Source: Elusimicrobiaceae bacterium (GTDB lineage Bacteria > Elusimicrobiota > Elusimicrobia > Elusimicrobiales > Elusimicrobiaceae). From it: 59,364 nt of DNA. A program made the position numbers and the translations under genes. Location: assembly GCA_045225155.1 (NCBI GenBank), contig JBGVBB010000159.1, positions 1 through 59,364 of the forward strand. The letters run 5' to 3'. The notes under the pieces were generated by a model. That model did not search any database, was not told where the DNA came from, and saw only the letters and a program-made list of their open reading frames with translations. Shown piece after piece: positions 45,878 through 54,328 of the stretch. Every line of letters begins with the position of its first letter. Positions within the stretch are counted from its first letter, which is position 1.

Positions 45878-46387
45878 TTAATTAAATTTTTCAAAAGCAA
45901 AACGCGGAGTGTTGTCTTGTGATACGTAAATAATTCCGCATTGTTTAAAATTTAATTTACGGAGTAAGTTTATCATAACTATATTATCGGCATGGGTATC
46001 TATTCTTAAATGTTTGCATTGCTCGTAACACCAATTTAAGCAAAATGCCCCAACACCTTTAATTGACATATCACTTGCCAAGCGGTGTACGACACCGTAA
46101 GGACTATCATCAAACCATTTGCCTTGCGAAATGTTTTTGTACGTAGGTTCTATGTCTTTACCTGTTTTGAAAAAGAAAGTACCGACCGTTTGCCCCAAAT
46201 ATTCGCAAACATAACTATTGCCTTCAATAATGTCTTTCCTTATTATATTTTCCGGGGGCCAAGTGTTACCCCATTGCGTGGGATTGCCTGTCACAGACAT
46301 AAAATTGCGTGCTTTTTTATAAATTTCAAGCAGGCGGGGTAAATCTTTTATTTCAGTTTTTCTTATAGAAAACTTGCTTGTATTCAT
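45878..46387 (-). CDS. GNAT-family N-acetyltransferase
   Basis: 169 aa. Acetyl-CoA-binding region 'VHRLASD...KGVGAF' and typical GNAT length and topology. Confidence 0.75.
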   Translation of the reverse strand: MNTSKFSIRKTEIKDLPRLLEIYKKARNFMSVTGNPTQWGNTWPPENIIRKDIIEGNSYVCEYLGQTVGTFFFKTGKDIEPTYKNISQGKWFDDSPYGVVHRLASDMSIKGVGAFCLNWCYEQCKHLRIDTHADNIVMINLLRKLNFKQCGIIYVSQDNTPRFAFEKFN

Positions 46388-46440
46388 AATAAAATTTTAG
46401 CATAAATTGCCGGCATTAAAGGTTTTTTGAAATATGTTTT

Positions 46441-46469
46441 TTGACTTCCAGCACACTATGTGCTAAAAT
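46441..46469 (+). promoter_or_regulatory. Near-consensus sigma70 promoter with a palindrome in the spacer (candidate operator)
   Basis: TTGACT (46441-46446), a 17-nt spacer, then TAAAAT (46464-46469). A perfect 6-3-6 palindrome AGCACA-cta-TGTGCT lies at 46450-46464. Confidence 0.6.
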
Positions 46470-46528
46470 ATAATTATAAGCATTTCGGCCAAAATATCGG
46501 CCAAGTAATATAAATAAGGAATAACAAT

Positions 46529-47746
46529 ATGAACATACTTCAAAAAACTTTTTGTCGCACATATCAATTAGGTTTTAGGGCGGCTATGCCTATTTTGCCA
46601 TATCATAAAACAACGGTTTATCACTCAATAAATGATATTACCGAAATTTTAAATAAAGAAAACAAAAAATGTGCCTTAATAGTTAGTGATCAAGGTATAA
46701 GGCAAAGCGGGATTATTGATATTTTAACCAACATTTTAAAGCAAGCAAATATCAAATATGCTGTTTATGACCAAACCCGCGCAAACCCTACGATTCATAA
46801 TATTGAAGACGGTTTAAAACTCTATAAAAACAACAAATGTGACTGCTTAATTGCTATCGGTGGCGGTTCTTCAATGGATTGTGCAAAAGCGATTGGTGCG
46901 CGTGTTGTTTACCCTAAAAAAAGTATTCAGCAAATGAAGGGTTTAATGCATGTCCTTAAAAAAATACCTACTTTGGTAACAATTCCCACTACGGCCGGTA
47001 CCGGTAGTGAAGTTACCGTTGCCGCTGTTATAACAGACTCTGAAAAAAAGCATAAATATGCTTTAAATAATTTTACTTTTATACCTTATTATGCAATACT
47101 TGACCCTAAGTTAACCGTAACTTTACCAAAATCTTTAACTGCAACAACCGGTATGGATGCTTTGACCCATGCTGTGGAAGCATATATCGGCCGTTCTACT
47201 ACAAGCGAAACACGCAAACTCGCAACGGAAGCAACACAACTTATTTTTGCCAATATTTTAAATGCCTATAATAACGGGCTTGACATAAATGCTCGTGCAA
47301 ATATGTTAATGGCTGCTTATAAAGCGGGAATAGCATTTTCTAAATCTTATGTTGGTTATATTCATGCGATAGCGCATTCTCTTGGTGGGCAATATAATAT
47401 TCCGCACGGGCTTGCCAATGCTGTTTTAATGCCTTATGTTTTGGAAGGTTACGGCAAAAGTGTTTACAGGAAACTCCATAAACTCGCTATAGCCGTAGGT
47501 TTAAGTAATAAAGAAGAATCAAGTAAAACCGGGGCAGAAAAATTTATTAAAGCAGTTAAAAACTTGAACAAACAAATGAATATCCCAACAAATTTTGATA
47601 TGATAAAGGATGAGGATATCCCCCAAATGGCACGCTATGCCGCAAAGGAAGCCAACCCTCTATATCCCGTACCTAAACTTATGAACAGGAAGGAACTTGA
47701 AAAATTTTATTATCAGGTTAAAGGTAACAAAAATGAAATTAAATAA
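46529..47746 (+). CDS. Iron-containing (group III) alcohol dehydrogenase
   Basis: 'GGGSSMDCAK', 'PTTAGTGSE' and His-rich metal site 'HA.AH..G......PHG'. Confidence 0.9.
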   Translation: MNILQKTFCRTYQLGFRAAMPILPYHKTTVYHSINDITEILNKENKKCALIVSDQGIRQSGIIDILTNILKQANIKYAVYDQTRANPTIHNIEDGLKLYKNNKCDCLIAIGGGSSMDCAKAIGARVVYPKKSIQQMKGLMHVLKKIPTLVTIPTTAGTGSEVTVAAVITDSEKKHKYALNNFTFIPYYAILDPKLTVTLPKSLTATTGMDALTHAVEAYIGRSTTSETRKLATEATQLIFANILNAYNNGLDINARANMLMAAYKAGIAFSKSYVGYIHAIAHSLGGQYNIPHGLANAVLMPYVLEGYGKSVYRKLHKLAIAVGLSNKEESSKTGAEKFIKAVKNLNKQMNIPTNFDMIKDEDIPQMARYAAKEANPLYPVPKLMNRKELEKFYYQVKGNKNEIK

Positions 47747-49103
47747 TATACTTGAAAAGCAAAGGGCATTTTTTGCCGGCGGAAATACACTCGATGTGGA
47801 TTTGCGTCTTTCCAAGCTTAAACTTTTGAAAGATACAATTAAGCAGTATGAGGGGGAAATTTGTTCCGCATTAAAGCAAGATCTCGGCAAAAGTGAATTT
47901 GAAAGTTTCATGTGCGAAATTGGCCTTGTATATGAAGAAATCAGTTATATGTTAAAAAACACAAGGCGTTTGTCTGCAGAAAGAACGGTACATACACCGC
48001 TGGTCAATTTTGCTTCACGCAGTTACACAAAACCTACGCCTTACGGAAACACATTAATTATCAGCCCGTGGAACTATCCGTTTTTATTAACAATGGGCCC
48101 CTTAATTGATGCCATTGCCGCCGGCAATACTGCCATGATTAAACCAAGCAAAAATTCCATGGCGACAACTTTAATTATGGGCAAAATAATTCGTGCTTGC
48201 TTTAAGGAAGATTATGTTTATTTAATTGATAAAGATATTGATAATGCACGCAATTTGATTAAAGAAAAATTTGATTTTATATTTTTTACCGGCAGCACAA
48301 ATATCGGCAAAGAAGTTTTAAGATGTGCGGCGGAATATTTAACCCCCGTTGTGTTGGAACTGGGCGGCAAAAGCCCGTGCATTGTGGACCAAAGTGCGGA
48401 TTTAAAACTTGCGGCACGCCGTATAGTTTTCGGTAAATTTTTAAATTGCGGGCAAACTTGCGTTGCCCCGGATTATGTTTTGTGCCACAAAAGTATCGCA
48501 CAAAATTTGCAAAAACAACTTTGTACGCAAGCACAAAAGCAGTACGGTAAAAAACCTTTTGAAAATAAAAATTACGGAAAAATTATAAATGCAAACCATT
48601 TTGACCGTTTAAGCGGATTGATGGAACCGTCAAAAATTATTTACGGCGGACAAATAAATAAAGACACTTTACAAATTGCCCCCACCATTATGGCAAATGT
48701 AACTTGGGACGATAAAATTATGCAAGAAGAAATTTTTGGCCCTGTTTTGCCCATTTTAACTTTTGAAAATATTGAAGAAGTTATTGAGATGCTAAACCAA
48801 AAACCGAAACCTCTTGCTTTATATTTGTTTTCAAACGATAAACAAACAATTAAACAAGTTACAAGCCGCTTACGTTACGGCGGAGGTTGCGTAAATGACA
48901 CTATCGTGCATCTTGCTACTACAGAAATGGCCTTTGGCGGTGTCGGTGAAAGCGGTATGGGTTCTTATCATGGCGAGGAAGGCTTTAAAACTTTTTCACA
49001 TAATAAGAGTATCGTAAATAAAAAGAATTGGATAGATTTTCCTGTTCGCTACTTTCCGTACAAGAAAATTTACTTAAAACTATTAAAGTTTCTGCTTAAA
49101 TAA
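47733..49103 (+). CDS. Aldehyde dehydrogenase (ALDH3-like family)
   Basis: 'ELGGKSP' and catalytic Cys in 'GQTCVAPDY'. 'EEIFGPVLP'. The ATG at 47733 has an AAGG RBS. The ORF-track start at 47697 is a TTG inside the ADH gene. Confidence 0.88.
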   Translation: MKLNNILEKQRAFFAGGNTLDVDLRLSKLKLLKDTIKQYEGEICSALKQDLGKSEFESFMCEIGLVYEEISYMLKNTRRLSAERTVHTPLVNFASRSYTKPTPYGNTLIISPWNYPFLLTMGPLIDAIAAGNTAMIKPSKNSMATTLIMGKIIRACFKEDYVYLIDKDIDNARNLIKEKFDFIFFTGSTNIGKEVLRCAAEYLTPVVLELGGKSPCIVDQSADLKLAARRIVFGKFLNCGQTCVAPDYVLCHKSIAQNLQKQLCTQAQKQYGKKPFENKNYGKIINANHFDRLSGLMEPSKIIYGGQINKDTLQIAPTIMANVTWDDKIMQEEIFGPVLPILTFENIEEVIEMLNQKPKPLALYLFSNDKQTIKQVTSRLRYGGGCVNDTIVHLATTEMAFGGVGESGMGSYHGEEGFKTFSHNKSIVNKKNWIDFPVRYFPYKKIYLKLLKFLLK

Positions 49104-49117
49104 GATATAATTTAATT

Positions 49118-49633
49118 ATGAAAAAATTATTAATATTAACATTGGCAGTACTTTCTTTTGCCGCTTGTAAACAAGAGGCAAAACCTGCACCTGAAGCTCA
49201 AATTCAAAAGGTGCAAGATGTCCAGACCGGGCAAGGTTATGTTTTACCCGGTTTGAAAGGGGACGTTTATAACTTTACCGAAAAAATCAACCAAAAACCA
49301 GTCATAGTTGCTTTTATGGCAGGTTATTGCGGTTGGTGCAAAAGAATGCTACCGTACATGGATGAACTTGCCGCAAAAGTTCCTGCTACGCAAGCAGATG
49401 TAATTATTGCTTTTATGGATGAAGGTTCTTCAAGCCTTGTTGATTTAGAGCCGGTTAAAGCAGCCAAAAATATTGATATTTATTATCAAGCAAGGCCTTT
49501 AATGGAAGAATATGGTGTCAGGGGTTTCCCTACCATTATGCTCTTTAAAGACGGCAAGCAAGAGGAAACATGGCACGGTTATTCTCCGGATCATGTTGCC
49601 AGCATTTTGGAAACACTTAAAGAATTAAAATAA
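49118..49633 (+). CDS. Thioredoxin-fold lipoprotein (TlpA/thiol-disulfide oxidoreductase-like)
   Basis: Lipobox 'FAAC'. CxxC active site 'CGWC'. 'GFPT' cis-Pro loop. Confidence 0.8.
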   Translation: MKKLLILTLAVLSFAACKQEAKPAPEAQIQKVQDVQTGQGYVLPGLKGDVYNFTEKINQKPVIVAFMAGYCGWCKRMLPYMDELAAKVPATQADVIIAFMDEGSSSLVDLEPVKAAKNIDIYYQARPLMEEYGVRGFPTIMLFKDGKQEETWHGYSPDHVASILETLKELK

Positions 49634-49646
49634 TAGATTAATATTC

Positions 49647-49685
49647 ATCCCCCTGTTTTAGTTGAAACCGACAGGGGGATTTTTA
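49647..49685 (+). terminator. Rho-independent terminator
   Basis: atccccctgt (49647-49656) pairs with acagggggat (49671-49680), followed by TTTT. Confidence 0.75.
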
Positions 49686-49763
49686 TGTACTCTTATAAAT
49701 TTGCAAGGGATATATAAATTTGTTACCATTTTAATGTAAGATTTTCTACGGCAGAAAGAAATT

Positions 49764-50723
49764 ATGAATGAAATAAATATTTGTTTTGCTAGCGATAATA
49801 ATTATGCAAAATATATGGGGATTGCTCTTATGTCTATATTAAAAAGTGCAAATAAGAATGATAATTTACACTTTTTTATATTAGATAATGGAATAAAGCA
49901 AGAAGAAAAAGATAAAATTTCAACTCTCAACAAAATAAAACCTTTTGAGATTGAATATCTTTCTATTAATGAAAATATGTTTAAAAATTTACACGTAAAT
50001 CAAACGGGGTTAACTCTTACATCTTATGCCCGCTTTTTCGTACCCCAATTAATTAGTGAGGATAAAATAATATATTTGGATTGTGATGTGTTTGTCCGTA
50101 AATCCTTAGCTCCTTTATTTAATATAGATATCTCAAATTATTTTATGGCAGGATCTTTAGATTTTGGTATTAAAAAACAATATTTGCTTTCAAAATTTAA
50201 AGATGAAACTTTGCCGTTCAATTATCTTAATTCCGGCGTATTGCTTATAAATAATAAAAAATGGAAAGAAGAAAATATTGCCGACAGTTTATTAAAATAT
50301 GCCGCAGAAAACAGTAAACATTTAAAATATTCAGATCAAGATTGTTTAAACCATATACTGTATCCAAAGACATTAAAAGTAAGCCCTACTTGGAATATGC
50401 GCAATTATTCTTATGATCCTTATTTAGTTAACAAACAACCTAATAAACAAGAGATAATTGAAGCACAGAAAGATCCTGCCATAAGGCATTTTAAACCTTG
50501 GAAACCAAATAATATCAGTGAATTTAGGGGCGAATATATTGAAATGATGAAAACATCCCCTTGGGCAGAATTTACCCCTAAAGACGATTTATCTTTTATA
50601 AATTTATTAAAAATTTTATTTAAGTACTGGAAACGATACCCCGCTTGTTTCTTTACACCTAAATTTTATATTCGTATAAAACACAAAGGTTTTAAAAATA
50701 CTATTTGCGGAGTTATTGAATAA
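49764..50723 (+). CDS. Glycosyltransferase family 8 (LPS alpha-1,3-glycosyltransferase-like)
   Basis: 'NICFASDNNYAKYMG' N-terminus, 'YLDCDVFV' DxD motif and 'LNSGVLLIN'. Confidence 0.85.
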   Translation: MNEINICFASDNNYAKYMGIALMSILKSANKNDNLHFFILDNGIKQEEKDKISTLNKIKPFEIEYLSINENMFKNLHVNQTGLTLTSYARFFVPQLISEDKIIYLDCDVFVRKSLAPLFNIDISNYFMAGSLDFGIKKQYLLSKFKDETLPFNYLNSGVLLINNKKWKEENIADSLLKYAAENSKHLKYSDQDCLNHILYPKTLKVSPTWNMRNYSYDPYLVNKQPNKQEIIEAQKDPAIRHFKPWKPNNISEFRGEYIEMMKTSPWAEFTPKDDLSFINLLKILFKYWKRYPACFFTPKFYIRIKHKGFKNTICGVIE

Positions 50724-50802
50724 TAAAACGAATATATAGTTTCTTGCAAATTTGCAAGGGAACTGCAAAATTTGCTATCATATAAATAGTGATGATTCAC
50801 TT

Positions 50803-50874
50803 GCCGAGGTAGCTCAGTGGTAGAGCACTGGTCTGAAAAACCAGGTGTCGACAGTTCGATCCTGTCCCTCGGCA
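50803..50874 (+). tRNA. tRNA-Phe (GAA)
   Basis: Cloverleaf: GCCGAGG/CCTCGGC acceptor, GCTC/GAGC D-stem, CTGGT-CTGAAAA-ACCAG anticodon arm and GACAG-TTCGATC-CTGTC T-arm. Confidence 0.93.
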
Positions 50875-50919
50875 TTTTTTATTTACCAAATTACTCTCTT
50901 AAAATTATATAATGTAGGT

Positions 50920-51780
50920 ATGAATTTTCAAGATATAATACACAATCTCCAAGTATATTGGAAAAAGCAAGGTTGCATTGTTGTACAACCATATGATTTG
51001 GAAAAGGGCGCAGGTACTTTTAACCCTTTTACATTTTTCGGTTCTTTAACACCGAAACCGACAAGCGTTTGTTACGTCGAACCGTGCCGCCGCCCAGCCG
51101 ACGGTAGATATGGGGAAAACCCAAACAGGCTCGGTAAATATTATCAATTCCAAGTAATTTTAAAACCTTCACCTGCAAATGTTCAGCAACTTTATTTAAA
51201 TTCTTTAAAAGCAATCGGGCTTGACCCGGAAATTCATGATGTCCGCTGGATTGAAGACGATTGGCAATCCCCGACACTCGGTGCATCCGGTGTGGGTTGG
51301 GAAATTTGGCTTGACGGTATGGAAATTACACAGTTCACATATTTCCAAATTATGGCCGGTTATAATTTAAAACCAATTACAGTTGAAATCACTTACGGGC
51401 TTGAACGCCTTGCAATGTATTCCCAAAAGAAAGATACAATTTTCGATATCATGTGGAACGATACCACAACTTACGGCGAAATGGTAAAAGAAAGCGAAAG
51501 GCAATTTTCCCATTATAATTTTGAAGAAGCAAATGTTGCCAATCTCCGCCGTTATGTAGAAGAAAATGACGAAGAATGCCGCACGCTTTGCAAAAAAGGT
51601 TTATATCTTCCGGCTTATGATTGTGCAATGCGTGTTTCCCATTACTTTAATACGCTTGAAGCACGCGGTGCAATTTCCGTTAGTGACAGAACAAATATTA
51701 TCGCCAAAATCCGCCACTTAGCGAAACTGTGTGCAGGCGAATATATCAAACAACATGAGGAACAGGAGGCCGCCAAATGA
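50920..51780 (+). CDS. glyQ: Glycyl-tRNA synthetase alpha subunit
   Basis: 'MNFQDII..LQ.YW..QGC...QPYD.E.GAGT.NP.TF' is the canonical GlyQ N-terminus. The ORF-track start at 50845 lies inside tRNA-Phe. TGA stop overlaps the glyS ATG. Confidence 0.95.
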   Translation: MNFQDIIHNLQVYWKKQGCIVVQPYDLEKGAGTFNPFTFFGSLTPKPTSVCYVEPCRRPADGRYGENPNRLGKYYQFQVILKPSPANVQQLYLNSLKAIGLDPEIHDVRWIEDDWQSPTLGASGVGWEIWLDGMEITQFTYFQIMAGYNLKPITVEITYGLERLAMYSQKKDTIFDIMWNDTTTYGEMVKESERQFSHYNFEEANVANLRRYVEENDEECRTLCKKGLYLPAYDCAMRVSHYFNTLEARGAISVSDRTNIIAKIRHLAKLCAGEYIKQHEEQEAAK

Positions 51781-53828
51781 ACGCACTTTTACAAATAGGA
51801 ACAGAACATTTGCCTGCGCGTTTTTTAAGGCCTGCCTTAGAGCAACTTAAAGAGAACGCAACCAAAATTTTAGCGGAAAACCGTTTAAATTATAAAACTT
51901 TGGAAACTTACGGCACATATAAAAAATTAGTTCTTGAAATTAAAGATTTAGCCGAAGTCAGCGAAGATATTTCAAAAGAAGTCAAAGGTCCACCTGCCAA
52001 ATTATTCAAAGGTGCCGATGGCAAATTTACACCCCAAGCCTTAGGTTTTGCCGCAAAAAACGGAATTAAAGCCGAACAATTAGTTGTAAAAGAAACAGAC
52101 AAAGGCCCGTTTATTTATGCCGATATAAAAATTAAAGGTATTAAAACCGAAAAACTTCTCGCAACAATTTTCCCGGAACTTATCAAAAGTTTGAATTTTG
52201 CAAAAAATATGGTGTGGGAAGATTCCGGTTTCCGTTTCGCACGCCCGATTAGAAGTATTATTGCCCTTTACGGTAGCAAGATTATTAAATTTGAAATTGC
52301 CGGTGTAAAATCTTCAAACAAAGCATACGGGCTAAGTTCTTTTAAGCAAACCCCGATAATAATTAAAAACCCGGAAAGTTATAAAGATGCTTTAAAAAAT
52401 CAAATTCACCCGATACTTGTTGATATTGAAGAACGCAAAAAAGCACTCCTTCGCAGTATTGAAGGTTGCACAAAACTTTTGGGTTATCAGGCCGATTTAG
52501 ATGAAGATTTAATTTCGGAAACCGTAAATTTTACGGAACATCCGATTGCACTTGCCGGCGATATGGCTTTAAGTTTTATGAAGCTTCCTAAAAAACTTTT
52601 AACAACTGTTTTGAAAACACAAATCAAAATGTTTCCTGTTGTTAATAAAAAAGGGGAGCTCCAACCGCATTTTATTGCAGTACGGGACGGCGTTTCCGTT
52701 AACCAAGAAGAAGTTAAAACGGGTTTTAAAAATGTTATGACAGCCCGCTTAACGGACGCGGTTTTCTTCTTTGAAAACGACCTTAAACTCGGCCTTGATG
52801 AAATGCGTAAAAAATTAAAAAATATTAATTTTATCGACGGTATGGGTACGATGGAAGATAAAACAAAACGCATCACGGATTTAACAAATTCCATCGCTAA
52901 ATTATTAAACTTTAGTAATGCCGATACCGAAAATGCCAAAACCGCCGCAACTTATGCCTATGCGGATTTGGCAAGTTCTGTAGTCTATGAATTTACCGAT
53001 TTGCAAGGTTATATGGGCGGTGTTTATGCCCAAAAAGAAGGCCGCACACCTGATGTTTGTGCTGCTTTGGAAGAGTTTTATTTACCTTTATCTGCATCTT
53101 CCGATTTACCGAAAACAAAAGTCGGTTCTTTGGTAAGTTTAGCAGGCAAACTTGATACTTCGGCAGCCAATTTTAAAGCAGGCCAAGTACCGAGCGGTAG
53201 CCAGGATCCTTTTGCTTTACGTCGCCAGGCTATGGGGGCAGTAAGGATTGTTCTTGCAAATAATTGGCCTTTAAGTATTAATAAATTGGTCGAACTTTCA
53301 TCCAAAAATTTACCGGAAAATGAAAACAATCAACTCACGCAACTCCCGGAATTTTTATGGCAACGTTTGCAAAATATTTTAGAGGATAGTCTTATACCGG
53401 AAGATATTATCTCCGCAGTTAAGAACTTTGATACGCCTTTAAATACAGTACTTTTAAATGCAGGTATCTTGACCGAGCAATTAAAGAGTGCAACTTTGCA
53501 AGCGGTAGCGGAATCCGCAAAACGCGTTGCAAATATTTTAAAACAAGCACCGCAAAATTTACCGGCTTTAAACACCGCTTTGCTTAAAGAGCAAGAAGAA
53601 ATCGCTTTGAATAAAGCGGTTGATAATTTGCCTAAAGATCAGGACGATTTTGCAAAAGAACTTAAAAATCTTTCTGCGCTAAAGCAACCTTTGGAAGATT
53701 TTTTTGCTAAAATAATGGTAAATGTAAGCGAAGCTAATATTAAAAACAATCGTCTTGCTTTACTTAAAAAGGTTAAGACAGTTTTATTTGCTACAGCTGA
53801 CTTAGGAAAATTGAAAAAGAGAGGTTAA
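51777..53828 (+). CDS. glyS: Glycyl-tRNA synthetase beta subunit
   Basis: 683 aa. N-terminus 'LL.IGTE.LPA' and overall GlyS architecture. Coupled to glyQ. Confidence 0.93.
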   Translation: MNALLQIGTEHLPARFLRPALEQLKENATKILAENRLNYKTLETYGTYKKLVLEIKDLAEVSEDISKEVKGPPAKLFKGADGKFTPQALGFAAKNGIKAEQLVVKETDKGPFIYADIKIKGIKTEKLLATIFPELIKSLNFAKNMVWEDSGFRFARPIRSIIALYGSKIIKFEIAGVKSSNKAYGLSSFKQTPIIIKNPESYKDALKNQIHPILVDIEERKKALLRSIEGCTKLLGYQADLDEDLISETVNFTEHPIALAGDMALSFMKLPKKLLTTVLKTQIKMFPVVNKKGELQPHFIAVRDGVSVNQEEVKTGFKNVMTARLTDAVFFFENDLKLGLDEMRKKLKNINFIDGMGTMEDKTKRITDLTNSIAKLLNFSNADTENAKTAATYAYADLASSVVYEFTDLQGYMGGVYAQKEGRTPDVCAALEEFYLPLSASSDLPKTKVGSLVSLAGKLDTSAANFKAGQVPSGSQDPFALRRQAMGAVRIVLANNWPLSINKLVELSSKNLPENENNQLTQLPEFLWQRLQNILEDSLIPEDIISAVKNFDTPLNTVLLNAGILTEQLKSATLQAVAESAKRVANILKQAPQNLPALNTALLKEQEEIALNKAVDNLPKDQDDFAKELKNLSALKQPLEDFFAKIMVNVSEANIKNNRLALLKKVKTVLFATADLGKLKKRG

Positions 53829-53829
53829 T

Positions 53830-54318
53830 ATGAACAAAAAAGGTTTTACCTTGATGGAACTTTTGATAGTTGTTGTTATTATTGCCGGCATGGCCGCAAT
53901 AACATATCCTTCATATAGAAGCACCTTGGAACGTGCCCGTGCAAGTGAGGCCGTAAACATGATAGGTGCAATCCAGGCAGCCCAACAAAAACATTTGGTT
54001 AATTATGAAGAATACGGGGCAACTTTTCAAGATATAAATGATTTTGAACCTTCTATAAGCAATTTTGATCCTACATCAGATAATTTTGACACAGAGTATT
54101 TCAGGTACACTATTACACGTACCATGGTAGCACCCTCTGTTACTGCAGAGAGAATTGATAAACAAGGGAATGTCATAAATAAAGGGTATAAATTATTAGG
54201 AATATATAGTGCTGATCATATCAGATGTATTGTTCTTAACAATAGTGAAGAAGGGGAAAAGGTTTGCTCTTCCCTAACAGATAGGGATAAGATTGAAGAT
54301 TATTACCCCATCTACTAA
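53830..54318 (+). CDS. Prepilin-type N-terminal cleavage/methylation domain protein (type IV pilin/pseudopilin-like)
   Basis: 'KKGFTLMELLIVVVIIAGMAAITYPSY' is the class III signal with the conserved Glu at position +5. Confidence 0.88.
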   Translation: MNKKGFTLMELLIVVVIIAGMAAITYPSYRSTLERARASEAVNMIGAIQAAQQKHLVNYEEYGATFQDINDFEPSISNFDPTSDNFDTEYFRYTITRTMVAPSVTAERIDKQGNVINKGYKLLGIYSADHIRCIVLNNSEEGEKVCSSLTDRDKIEDYYPIY

Positions 54319-54328
54319 TTTAGATTGT

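Noticed and set aside
50666-50875. 69-aa minus-strand ORF, and the 50845 start of the glyQ ORF.
   Set aside because: Both overlap the tRNA-Phe gene. The glyQ homology begins at the ATG at 50920.
50875-50919. T-box or other riboswitch leaders upstream of glyQS (and upstream of serS at 40684-40692).
   Set aside because: The leaders are only about 45 nt and 9 nt, far too short for a T-box, and no specifier or antiterminator elements are seen.
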